A DNA stretch of 39,793 nucleotides, taken from positions 161,938,240-161,978,032 of the forward strand of contig NC_068983.1 in NCBI RefSeq assembly GCF_001194135.2, written 5' to 3'. Source of the stretch: Octopus bimaculoides. Its lineage: Eukaryota. Position 1 is the stretch's first letter. Every line of letters begins with the position of its first letter. Positions 22,121 to 33,030 of the stretch are shown one piece after another. A program made the position numbers and the translations under genes. Below the pieces are notes generated by a model. That model did no database searches and was not told the DNA's origin. It was given only the letters and a program-made list of their open reading frames with translations.

Positions 22121-22318
22121 TCAAATTTTGGCAGAAGGCGAACAATTTTTAGGGTAGAGGTAAGTCGATTACATTGACCCACAGTGTTCAGCAGGTATCT
22201 ATTTTATCGACCGCCGAAAGAGTAACAGGCATTTGAACACACAACGTAAAAACGGACAAAATGCCGCTAAGCATTTCGTCCGGCGTGCTAACGGTTCTGC
22301 CAGCGCGCCGCCTTTAAG
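22121..22318 (-). mobile_element. SINE family C, reverse copy
   Basis: CCGCTAAGCATTTCGTCCGGCGTGCTAACGGTTCTGCCAGC is the reverse of the family C head. Confidence 0.75.
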
Positions 22319-22554
22319 CTGGATAATACAGGGTGGTGCAAAAGTAGGCATACTGTTATGAAAAAAGAAAGCATATACAATACTGCGTACCCAGAAGCTC
22401 GAGTCCGTGCATATACAATACTCATTTATTTTTATCAAAAAAATTAAAAGTTACGACAAAAGTATTATCATACTTATGATTAATGACAGTGAAAATATCA
22501 AAAATGAGGCTAATTTAATAGTGCTAAAAGTTTTAATGAAATTAAGTATTATAA

Positions 22555-22965
22555 CATTACCGGGAAATAAGTATCCAGTGTCCACCTCGATGTCCGTTTC
22601 CAACTCACACAGTAGCAATATGATCTCCTTCAGTAGGACTTCATTGACATCAAAGTGGAAAACAATCGGAACGACGTGGGTAATTCTTGCTGCATTTAAC
22701 ATAGAAATAGAAGTTGATTTCTATTCTCCACAAGGTTCATGTATCGTGTGTTTCATTACCAGATCAACTTTATGTGTATTATTTCGATTAGGAAGTTCGA
22801 CGGAGACAAATTCGTCATTTTTTGCCAAGTGTTGTGGATGTTTTCCATAATATTAAGAAAAATGATAATGAGATAAACCTTTCCTGAAATTTAAATGTGC
22901 TCACATGGGCCATTAAGTTTCCCCAAACTCCACATTTGAAATCTTGTAGATGTGGCTGCCACCTG
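22555..22965 (-). mobile_element. Decayed Helitron Rep fragment
   Basis: The minus strand gives GVWGNLMAHVSTFKFQERF (cf. VxAxVYTIEFQKRGLPH, HUH motif), then EFVSVELPN...DLVMKHTIHEPCG (cf. AEIPD...KHMIHGPCG), CSKNYP, and IEVDTGY (cf. VDNRWVVPY), with frameshifts and stops. Confidence 0.65.
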
Positions 22966-23039
22966 TTTGAAAATCGTGGTTTATTATTTAAGCTTACGTC
23001 GATTCTTTCGTGGTGTTTTGCATTTATAATAAAATAAAT

Positions 23040-23163
23040 ATATACAGATTGTAAAAATAAAATAAAAATATACAGTACAGTACTGTTTCTACTTCGCGGA
23101 CTTTTCACCTATGGCGGGAGTTTTTAGAACGTAACACCCGCGATAATCGAGGTATTACTGTAA
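23040..23163. mobile_element. Tigger/pogo-like terminal fragment
   Basis: TACAGTACAGTACTG...TTCGCGGACTTTTCAC...CCCGCGATAATCGAGGTATTACTG|TA resembles pogo/Tigger TIR ends. The partner end was not found. Confidence 0.5.
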
Positions 23164-23230
23164 TTATATGAGGATGATTCAGGCAGTTTGATCTGCATCA
23201 AATTCTCTTACTACTTCGGACTGGAGGTAT

Positions 23231-23370
23231 ACTATCTTTAAGGTATACACTGTTCATCCATTGCAAGGAGAACTCGTCTGTTTGGGACTGTTGTTTCATT
23301 ACAGAGCTAGAGTTATAAGCCTCGATGATTTGTGTGTGGTCGACAATGTAACCCGCGAAAATTTTAAACA
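23231..23370 (+). mobile_element. Decayed Helitron fragment (inter-domain region)
   Basis: TIFKVYTVHPLQGELVCLGLLFHYRARVISLDDLCVVDNVTRENFK resembles the Helitron motif GRxYxVxPxxGExFYLRLLL...SFxDLxxVxG...TF. Confidence 0.7.
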
Positions 23371-23473
23371 TGTGACTCCGGTATGGCCACAGCCTTTGAG
23401 CTGGAACACAAAAAGGAAGAATGAAGGGTGCTACTTTGCTATTTGAGACCGGATCTATTCAGTTTGACGTACA

Positions 23474-24755
23474 TTCTACTACAGTATATCTACTATTAAT
23501 TTTCTACTATGGTATGATATCTACCAACTGTTGGTAGTATGAAATACATTAAAAATCATTAAACATTTATCCTATCAAAGGAAAGGAGCGTAGTAAACAG
23601 TTTGTAGTGTAAAAATTATTAAAAATCATGGATCTATTTTAAAACGGGGGCCACATTTTTCATTAATGTTTTACGTAGTGTTTTTGGTACCGAAAGACTT
23701 TCAAACTTCGTATACTTATCTATTTTGTGTTATAGAACAGAAAAATATTTTTGTATTCGAATTTATTTCATGTAAAAAATTGTCTTATTTCGATAATTTC
23801 AACCAATCACTGACAAGTATTTAGTTGTTTATATTTACTCCTTTGGCTGATTAAACGATGTAAAGCGTATTTAATCTCCATACCTTCGTTTTATTTGCTT
23901 TTTTCATTTTAAATTTGCTTTAACCCTAACCCTAACCCTAGGGTTAGGGTTAGGGTTAGAGTTAGGGTTAGGGTTAATTGTTTCAGAATCGTTTGTTTNN
24001 NNNNNNNNNNNNNNNNNNNNNNNNNNNNNNNNNNNNNNNNNNNNNNNNNNNNNNNNNNNNNNNNNNNNNNNNNNNNNNNNNNNNNNNNNNNNNNNNNNNN
24101 NNNNNNNNNNNNNNNNNNNNNNNNNNNNNNNNNNNNNNNNNNNNNNNNNNNNNNNNNNNNNNNNNNNNNNNNNNNNNNNNNNNNNNNNNNNNNNNNNNNN
24201 NNNNNNNNNNNNNNNNNNATTAACACCTTATAATACAAAATTAAAAAATCATCAAATATTGATTTCAATGTTTGTAAACTGAACTGATATCATTTTAAAA
24301 AGCAGTGGAAAGGTCATCGTTTTTCCTGAGCATTTTCTAACAATAATGATCTAAATGTGATTGAAAATGTTGAGTAGGTGCGCCTCTTTTTTTTTTTTTT
24401 CTTGAATATTTCATTCTTGGCATCAGGCTACGATCGTTCAATAGCTTGTATATGAGCTCCTGATGTCGGGTCCACATAATGCACTTGATGTTGGACGGTT
24501 TTGTGCTGATAGCCGATATTCCTTAAGCAGAGCCAAGCTTACATTCATGTTCTATGATAAGAATCAAAGTGTCCCTATTTCTTCGTTGAACTTAAAAGTA
24601 CCGACAACTAAATGGGCTAGAATTAATTGCTGAGGCCGTAAGTGGGGTTGTTTGGGAAAGTGCATTGTCATTTACAGTAGGTCGCAAGGACCCATTCAAA
24701 TGGATTGGTAGATATACTATAGTAGAAAATTAATAGTAGATATACTATAGTAGAA
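23474..24755 (-). mobile_element. Inverted-repeat-bounded Merlin (IS1595/ISXO2-like) transposon relic
   Basis: About 52-bp inverted repeats at 23474-23527 and 24705-24755. The minus strand at about 24260-24590 encodes QRRNRDTLILIIEHECKLGS / GYQHKTVQHQVHYVDPTSGAHIQAIERS* / KRGAPTQHFQSHLDHYC, matching the ISXO2-type motif GYxHxTVxH...FVDPxTGAHTxxIE..W. Contains a 220-N gap. Confidence 0.75.
23921..23976. repeat. Interstitial telomeric repeat forming a 38-bp perfect palindrome
   Basis: TAACCCTAACCCTAACCCT|AGGGTTAGGGTTAGGGTTA (23921-23958), then GAGTTA(GGGTTA)2. Confidence 0.95.
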
Positions 24756-26009
24756 AAATGGGTGATAGATGTCATGTTATAGTAGCATCGAATGAAATAA
24801 TGAATCTCCTTAAAAATGACTGAAAAAGGCAAATGCGCGTAAATGGGATGACAACAACACTTTGTAGACCAGTTCAGAAATTTATTCGTTACAATTCAAT
24901 TCTTATTCTCCGTCTGAGCCTCTAAATTTATAATTATGCTTCAATGAAAATTTATATGTTTATCCAGATGAAATATATATTACAACCTATGTCTATGGCA
25001 ACGATAGTATAAATATACTCAATAATGCACAAGCGATTGTTATTAAGTCAATTAAAATAAAAATTAATCTCCATGAAGCTGGTCTGCTATTTACTGTTGT
25101 TCCAAGAGGAGCAAACAAACCTTTCCTGTTCAACTTGTGACAATTTAATGTTCGCAAAAATGGTCGAATTGTGCTTGCTACAGACAGCCTCAGCGGTAAG
25201 AAACTCCCACAAGAGCTGAAACAATAGAAGATCCGCAGGAAAGGACACCCCAACCCAGGGCAAATGATTCGACCTTTAACTTCTTACACTCTGAGGGGGT
25301 CGGACCGCATCCAGATCATTATTTCAGGGTGCCATTCTGTCGACACTTTTAAGCCACTTGGATATTTAAATCGTCTGGAGATTTTCCATTCTTGCTTCGA
25401 GTTTCCCATTCTAGTAAGATCTACATCAATTAGTCAAATATATACTCGTCATGCAACAGATCGCATTCTTCACGATGCACAGCTCTGATGTAGGACGAAG
25501 TTTACTTCGACCTTTGATCAACAGAATCATATTTTTTTACTCGGTGGTTTTTAAATTTAAATCTTTTACGAACGTAAAAAGTCGTGAATTTTGGTGAAAA
25601 GAATCGTTGGGACAAATACTCTAAGTTTAGAGCAAAGTACGATAAAAGCTGTTATTCTGCCTTCATGTCCGATTAACGTCATTTGAAACGCACGGCGTTT
25701 GAATTAGATTTGCTCAATGACATTTAAATCTGGGATAAATGTATATGTGAAAATGTGCAAGTTTCTTTTCGAAGACATTGCAGAACTGAAGGAACTAAAA
25801 CTCCGTTAAAAAGGTAATTAAAACTATGAACCAAATTGTATTAATTTAATGTAGGCATAAAAATCGATTCTATAAAAAGAAAATGATACAANNNNNNNNN
25901 NNNNNNNNNNNNNNNNNNNNNNNNCTTTCACAGAATTGAAAAATCTCAGATCATAGTGATTTCGGGTTTAATGTCAATGGGTTGTATTTGGGATTGCCAA
26001 TATTCCTGA

Positions 26010-26390
26010 AACGTTAGCACGCCGGGAGAAATGCTTAGCGGTATTTCGTCTGCCACTGCGTTCTGAGTTCAAATTCCGCCGAGGTCGACTTTGCCTTTCA
26101 TCCTTTCGGGGCCGATAAATTAAGTACCAGTTACGTACTGGGGTCGATATAATCGACTTAATCCGTTTGTCTGTCCTTGTTTGTCCCCTCTGTGTGCAGC
26201 CCCTTGTGGGCAGTAAAGGAATAGGTATTTCGTCTGCCTTTACGTTCTGAGTTCAAATTCCGCCGACTTTGCCTTTCATCCTTTTGAGGTCGATAAATTA
26301 AGTACCAGTTGCGTACTAGCATCGGTCTAATCGACTGGCCCCCTCCCCCAAAATTTCAGGCTTTGTGCCTATAGTAGAAAAGAATATTCC
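26010..26390 (+). mobile_element. Composite SINE family C copies
   Basis: CGTTAGCACGCCGGG...GTTCTGAGTTCAAATTCCGCCGAGGTCGACTTTGCCTTTCATCCTTTCGGGG; the core is repeated at about 26225-26340. Confidence 0.8.
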
Positions 26391-26641
26391 TGCTACATAA
26401 TTCCCCTGCCAGTGAAACTTGATAATGCAGGCAATATTGATATCACAGGAATATGCACAGGAATGGTTAGAAGCAGTACTTGAGATTCGAAAAGCTGCGT
26501 AGCCAGGATTATGAAACATAAGCAAGAGTATGATTTTCAAGTATTAGGAAAGATGATCTGGTAGATTTGAGAATACATTTATATTCTTGAATCAATTGTG
26601 AACGTGCAAATGTGAATGACTCGTACCTAGCCATGTGCGTT

Positions 26642-26719
26642 TACACCTGTGGGTCGGTGTAGCATATACCTGTGGGTCGGTGTAGCATACACCTGTGGGT
26701 CGGTGTAGCATACACCTGT
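26642..26719. repeat. 23-bp minisatellite, 3.4 copies (TACACCTGTGGGTCGGTGTAGCA)
   Basis: Units start at 26642, 26665, 26688 and 26711 (partial); there is one substitution. Confidence 0.95.
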
Positions 26720-26724
26720 CGTTT

Positions 26725-27180
26725 TGTATAATCTTCTCGGATGTTGTCTGTCAATTCAGTAAACTCCGCTATGCTCGTTGACTCCATGGTGGTAACTAGG
26801 AAGCATTGCGTCGTAGTTGGCAGTCGTTTATTGAAAAGCTGCTGGAAAATGAGCGGATCCATTGTGTTATCTCACTGTAGTTGCTTCATACGTCGGAGAG
26901 GCTATGACGGGCTTCTGTTGTTCAGTGATAAATAATTGGTGCAACTGTTGTTACTGCGACCCTGGCATCCGTTTGATAAATTCTCGTTTGAGAGTTTCAT
27001 ATGAAAGAATGCATGACGTGAATGTTACCAAATTTTGGATCTCCAGTAGGGTGCCTGGCGGATCACAAAGGAAGTGTGGGTGTTGTCTGATGTGATGCGC
27101 TGAGACGAAAATAGCACCTGGATCGTGTGTCCAGAAAGTGGGGACTTCCAGGGGCAGAGAAGGTTCGGTTGGTGTGGATA
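26725..27180 (-). mobile_element. Ty3/Gypsy gag fragment (decayed)
   Basis: LEVPTFWTHDPGAIF (cf. KLPxFWxxDPxLWF), SYETLKREFIKR...QQLHQL, and QQLFNKRLPTTTQCFL...SIAEFTELTDNIRE (cf. LFLQRLP...LAELADKI). Confidence 0.75.
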
Positions 27181-27426
27181 ACATTACAGGTGTTGATAAA
27201 ATAAAGGGAATTCTTCTGTTGTAAGAGGTCCTAGAAATATACCAGAAGTTATTTGAAACAAAAGAGCTTGATTTTAAGTATTCACCAGCGAAAACATTCC
27301 TACGGCATTGCTTTTTATTTCCGCAAAACTTAAGGCTCACACGGACTTATAAACAGACTGAATTTTGATATTATTTAGATAAAGTGATTAAGCAACTTTC
27401 ATTTGACAAAAGGAAAAGCTGTCAAT

Positions 27427-27482
<56 letters not shown>

Positions 27483-27614
27483 NNNNNNNNNNNNNNNNNN
27501 NNNNNNNNNNNNNNNNNNNNNNNNNNNNNNNNNNNNNNNNNNNNNNNNNNNNNNNNNNNNNNNNNNNNNNNNNNNNNNNNNNNNNNNNNNNNNNCACACA
27601 CACACACACACACA

Positions 27615-28800
27615 CCTTTTATCTTTTACTTGTTTCAGTCATTAGACTGTGACCATGCTGGGGCACCGCCTTGAAGAATTTCTTTGGCGAATGAATCTAC
27701 CCAGTACTTGTTTTTTTGAAAACCCGGTACTTATTATATCGACCTCTTTGCCGAACCGCTAAGATACGGAGACAAAAACACACCAACACCGGTTGTCATG
27801 CGGTGGTGGGGGACAAACACGGACACAAAGATACACACACACACACACACAAAGGGTAGGTGAAAAGTAAGTAGGCATTAAAAATTGTTAATAAAATCCA
27901 TATTCCCTTTACAAATTTATTGAAACAAATGGTACATGTTCTTTATTACGTAGGAAAATGAAAGTAAATCTTCAAATTCCAATGTAAACATCGGTGGCTT
28001 CAACAAGTTCCCTAAAACGGCCAGGGATGGAATGAACAAACTTCTGAAGGACGTCGACTGGGATATCACTGAGAACCTCCTGAATCCGCGTCTCCAAGTC
28101 TTCCCGGTTTTGTGTTTTGTGTAACCCCACTGGTAAAGATCACATGCAGTGAGAACTAAACTTCTTGGAGTTCTGAACTTCTAGACTTCTGCGGTCACAG
28201 TCTTCAGGTTTTGGCTCCTGCACGTAATGGGGTTACCACACATGCAAATTCAATACTTTAGGCGACGCTGTACGTATAGTTTTTCTTGTTAGTCCACTTT
28301 CACGAGTTGCTTGACGTGTTGATTTTTGCTGGCTGCGATTAAACATTTCCTGCACTGTTGCCACGTTCTCCACTGATCGGGATGTGGTTGGACTGCCACT
28401 TCTCGCATCGTTCACAGAGTGCGTGGTCATCAGCTTTGCATGACAACTTTTTATTGTCTCCTGCCGTAGCGTTGCATGCTTACCTTTCCATGCACGTCAC
28501 CATCTCAATGGAATTCCACACGTCTTATCTATCTTAGATCACTTAAGCGACCGGCCACCTGGAAAATAAGACAATAAGAAATCCCCATTAGTGTTGTCTG
28601 TTTAAAAAATGTTTTCGTCATGACTTCAGTGATACTAAAAATTCAATAAGCAATTTCTAATGCCGAGTTACTTGCCAGCTACCCTGTATGTATACGACGG
28701 GCTTCTTTCAGTTTCTGCCTACCAAATCCATTCACAAGGCTTTGGTTAGCCTAGGCACTTGGTCAATGTGCCATGCAGTGGGACTGAACCCGGGACCATG
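27615..28800 (-). mobile_element. SINE family A split by a mariner insertion (27615-27849 and 28687-28800)
   Basis: The tail half ends at the (CA)n tract; the sequence resumes with TATACGACGGGCTTCTTTCAGTTTC after 28686. Confidence 0.8.
27850..28686 (-). mobile_element. Internally deleted Tc1/mariner element (second family)
   Basis: Imperfect TIRs AAAGGGTAGGTGAAAAGTAAGTAGGC and GCCGAGTTACTTGCCAGCTACCCTG|TA. The minus strand has an HTH region (SVNDARSGSPTTSRSVENVATVQEMFNRSQQKSTRQATRESGL) and a C-terminal part (EDLETRIQEVLSDIPVDVLQKFVHSIPGR); the catalytic core is deleted. Confidence 0.8.
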
Positions 28801-29289
28801 TATACGCATTTCTTTGATTTTCTACATTCACATCCGTCGAGATGTTTTTAGCTTTCCTGAGAAGCCTGCTGGATGTAGCATCAAAGCACATAGTCCAGGA
28901 TGCTCTCCACTTATGCCCTGAAGAAGGACGGTCTTATTGGCCTCGAGACACTTGATTGTCAAATGTTTTGAAGCTTGTTACAGGTATTTCAGGGTTGTCC
29001 CTTGCATGTAAGGAGATTTATGAACACATTCTACCGTCTCCATTATTGTTTCTAGATGATAATGTTAAATGGTGGTGGTAATGATGATGTTTATTTGTTG
29101 TTTGAAACGGCTGTTATCTATTTCATTATGGCAGTAGTGGTGGACATTGTTCGACAGTTACTCGCACTAAAGTGCATGCATTTAATCATCTCGTATTTTT
29201 TCTGTCCACAAACATTAATTATTTTTGTGGACGGAAAAAAAAAAGATATTATCCCTCAATTTTTTACAACTCTGTCTGTCCGTCTATCT

Positions 29290-29334
29290 CTTACTCTCTT
29301 TCTCTCTCTCTCTTTCTGTCTCTCTCTCTTTCTG

Positions 29335-29380
<46 letters not shown>

Positions 29381-29415
29381 CTTCTCTCTCTCTCTTTCTC
29401 CCCCCTCTCTCTCTC
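29290..29415. repeat. (CT)n microsatellite
   Basis: Imperfect CT/TC run. Confidence 0.95.
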
Positions 29416-29474
29416 ACACAATTGTGAAAGACCTGTGCTGTTCATTTCCCAATGTTCAACAGTTTTTCGCGTGT

Positions 29475-29668
29475 CTTTTACTTGTTTCAGTCTTTTGACT
29501 GTGGCCATGTTGGAGCACCGTCTTTAGTCGAGCAAATCGACCCCAGGACTTATTCTTTGTAAGCCTAGTATTTATTCTATCAGTCTCTTTTGCCGCTAAG
29601 TTACAGGGACGTAAACACACCACCATCGGTTGTCAAGCGATGTTGGGGGGACAAACACAGACACACAA

Positions 29669-29699
<31 letters not shown>

Positions 29700-29789
29700 C
29701 AAATGTACGACGGGCTTCTTTTAGTTTCCGTCTACCAAATCCACTCATAAGGCTTTTGGTCGGCCTGAGGGTATAGTAAAAGACACTTG
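29475..29789 (-). mobile_element. SINE family A lacking the head
   Basis: Matches 13978-14270. Confidence 0.82.
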
Positions 29790-30457
29790 TTCAAAGGTTT
29801 AATCTTCACCACCTCATCCCAGGTTTTCCTGGGTCTACCTCTTGAACAGGTTCCTTCAACTGCTAGGGTGTGACACTTTTTCACACAGCTGTCTTCATTC
29901 ATTCACAACACATGACCATACCAGCTCAGTCGTCTCTCTTGCACCCCACATCTGATGCTTCTAAAATCAAACTTAAGCATATATTGTTGTTAGATGCTCG
30001 AAATACAAGACTAGAAAAACAGCCACCAACTGATGAAGGGTTGTTCTTTATGTTGTTTGTTTTGTTTTCCATTTGTGTCTTTCGTTGTTTGAAAGAATAC
30101 TTCATGTTCCATGTACTCGTGCTTCATACTTTTTTGTTGTACATGTTTTATGATGTCCTGTGCCCACATATGCATATAGTTTCAAGACATGGAACGAGGT
30201 GGTGAAGCATGATCTTCAAAATTTGACCTTCACAGAGGCAATGACTAGTGACTAAGACCTTTGTCCATGTGCTGTGCTTGAGAGAACCCATCAGGCCAAG
30301 TGCACCCACGCTGGTGGCTCATAAAAAACACATTTCAAACTTTGTACAAGTCCATACCTCATAGAATTCAAGCTGTAATTACTGCCAAAGGTGGTCCTAC
30401 CCCATATTAAAATAAATTTGTTTGAAATTTTAAAGTGTTTCCATTATTTTGTCCAAC

Positions 30458-30492
<35 letters not shown>

Positions 30493-30494
<2 letters not shown>

Positions 30495-30646
30495 CACTAC
30501 ACTCTTGGTGTGGTTGGCATTAGGAAGGGCATCGAGCTGTAGAAACTCTGCCAAATCAGATTGGAGCCTGGTGTAGCCATCTGATTCACCAGTCCTCAGT
30601 CAAATCGTCCAACCCATGCTAGCATGGAAAGCGGACNNNNNNNNNN

Positions 30647-30683
<37 letters not shown>

Positions 30684-30845
30684 CACTACACTCTTGGTGT
30701 GGTTGGCATTAGGAAGGGCATCGAGCTGTAGAAACTCTGCCAAATCAGATTGGAGCCTGGTGTAGCCATCTGATTCACCAGTCCTCAGTCAAATCGTCCA
30801 ACCCATGCTAGCATGGAAAGCGGACGTTAAACAATGATGATGATG

Positions 30846-30848
<3 letters not shown>
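30493..30848 (+). mobile_element. SINE family B copy, duplicated across a 10-N gap
   Basis: 30493-30636 is repeated exactly from 30682; probable assembly overlap. Confidence 0.8.
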
Positions 30849-30878
<30 letters not shown>

Positions 30879-31606
30879 CATACATACACACGCACCACAC
30901 ATATGATATACATATACATTTGATACAGTTTAAGATAGAACTCATGTCTACAGAAGTTAATTTTTGCATGACATATTGTATGAATATATTATGAAAATAT
31001 GTATTACTTAATGTTTAGTGACGAACAGGTTAGAACTTGAATGCTATGTCTCATCCTCATTTCATTGGAATTTACTTAAGGTTATTGACATGCTGGGAGA
31101 GAGTTATCATGGCTGTGCGATTGTATGTGCTCTTTCAGGAGAGGCTTGTTCATACTTGTTTGGTCTACTTGAAGTGTCAGGCAAATTGACTTTGCTTTGT
31201 TGTGTGTGGTTCTTTTATGAAATTGTATGCAGCTCGATCTCTTAGCTAAAGTAGTATGGCCATCAACAAGGAGAGGAAAACCTTGGCTAAAGAAGCTAAT
31301 TATAAACCCAGTTGATAATTGGGCAATAAATAAATGTTTGTTATTGTTGTCAAAAAAACTATTTGTTACCATGGAAAGACTTGGGTCTGAGATTTTGAGT
31401 AAAGAAGAAGCATATGCCAGTGAGAAACTTGTCAATTATATAGTACTCCCTCTTACCTCTAAAACACTAAAGAAATGGCTGGCATCCACATCTATTTGAC
31501 TGTCTTTCTACTAGTGGCAAGGCTAAGTGAACAATTATTGTCGTAAAGACTAATCTATCCTGATAGCTGCAGAGCTAATAAGAGATTACAATCTTATATA
31601 CACTAT

Positions 31607-32960
31607 TATTATTATTATTATTGTCATTATCATCTTTCAGTTCTGTTTCCATTTCTTGCTGCATGTCTTCCTGACACCTAGGGCAGAGAAACACACTGTA
31701 TACATCAGTAGGCCATTAAAATAAATACACTAGATTGTTAATATACAAAGTCATGTGATAGAGAAAAAGGGGAGGAACAACAGAGAGAAAAGGGAACAAA
31801 TAAAAAGTAAATAAAGAAAATAAAGGGGGTAAAAAAGGGAAAGAAAATTCACAGTGACAATGCTCTTCTCAATACGTGTGACCAGTTAAGACAATCTTTT
31901 GCTCTTCCTGCCTGGAGGGTAAGCCAGGGATCAGTCTTAAACAATTTTCAGTTCCTCTTTTGATTATTCCAAGTGCTCCTACAATCACTGGTTTTGTAAC
32001 CGTCTTGAGATGCCACATCTTTTTGATTTCGATTAGCAAACTTTTATATTTTCTGAGCTTATCAAATTCTTTTGCCAAGATATTATGGTCACAGGGTATG
32101 CTCATGTCGATCAATAAACAGACTTTATTGTTTTGGCCTTTCACAACACTATCTGGTTTAGTTGTTTTGCTGGTCCAGTCTGTACATACTGGAAAATCCC
32201 AAAGAATCGTTACATTTTCTCCCTCAGTTACAGCCTCAGGGTGGTGCTTGTGCCATTTGTAAGCAATTTTGATTTCATAACACTGACACATTATCCAATG
32301 TAGATATTGGCCAACTCTGTTATGCCTTGATTTATACTCTACAAGTTCCTTACACACAAAGATTAGGTGGTCCACTGTTTCATCATTGCAGTATCAGCAC
32401 TTTGGGTCTACACCATTTTACATCACATTGACTTGGTAGTTCCGGGTCAATAAGCTCTGATCTTGAGCAGCCAAGATAAAGCCTTGAAAGTCCCAAAGAA
32501 TCGTTATATTTTCTCCCTCAGTTACAGACTCAGGGATTATACATACCACTTGCCAACAGCTTTGATTTTGTAAAGTTGATATATTAAGCAGTGTAGATAT
32601 TGGCCAACTCTGTCATGTCTTGATTTATACTCACTCTGCTGGTGCTAAAACTTTACATCCAGAGATTGGGTGGTCCACTCTTTCAATTACATCATTGCAG
32701 AATCAGCACTTTCGATCTGCTACATTTTTCATCACATTGACTTGGTAGTTCTGGGTTAATAAACTTTTGTCTTGAGCAGATAAGATGAAGCCTTCACTCT
32801 CTGCCATTAGCCATGAATTTCGTAGCCACTGATGGGTGTGCTTCTGCTCAACATCAGCTTGTTTGCTACAGGTCACATATTTGCCATGCAGAGGTTTCTG
32901 CTCTGTGAATGTTTTATCCTGTTTTGGTGAGAATTCTTTCTCTTTAAAGATATTTCCTAT
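31607..32960 (-). mobile_element. 5'-truncated R4/Dong-type non-LTR retrotransposon (RLE endonuclease) with internal duplication
   Basis: QKPLHGKY...QWL...ESEGFILSAQD.SLLT, a CCHC knuckle (KC*YCNDETVDHLIFVC), RHNRV..YLHW, ILWDF, and KPDSVV...LIDMSIP.D.N...KE..KL.KY (PD-(D/E)xK), IVGALG; (AAT)n tail at about 31607-31625. Confidence 0.85.
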
Positions 32961-33030
32961 TAATTTTTCCTTAAAATATGTAAAAATTAATTTTGTGATT
33001 TTTCTTTTTTCAGGGCCTAAGAATATAAAA

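Noticed and set aside
23921-23976. Ancient chromosome fusion site
   Set aside because: The orientation is CCCTAA then TTAGGG, opposite to an end-to-end fusion, and the array is very short.
26642-26719. CRISPR-like hairpin repeats
   Set aside because: There are no unique spacers, the context is eukaryotic, and no cas genes are present.
28917-28965. Hammerhead-like CTGAAGA-AGG...CCT-CGAGAC
   Set aside because: GAAA is mutated and no stem I pairing exists.
30493-30825. Exact 144-bp tandem duplication of a SINE B segment
   Set aside because: The copies are identical and separated by a 10-N gap plus (TA)n, which is typical of unmerged contig overlap.
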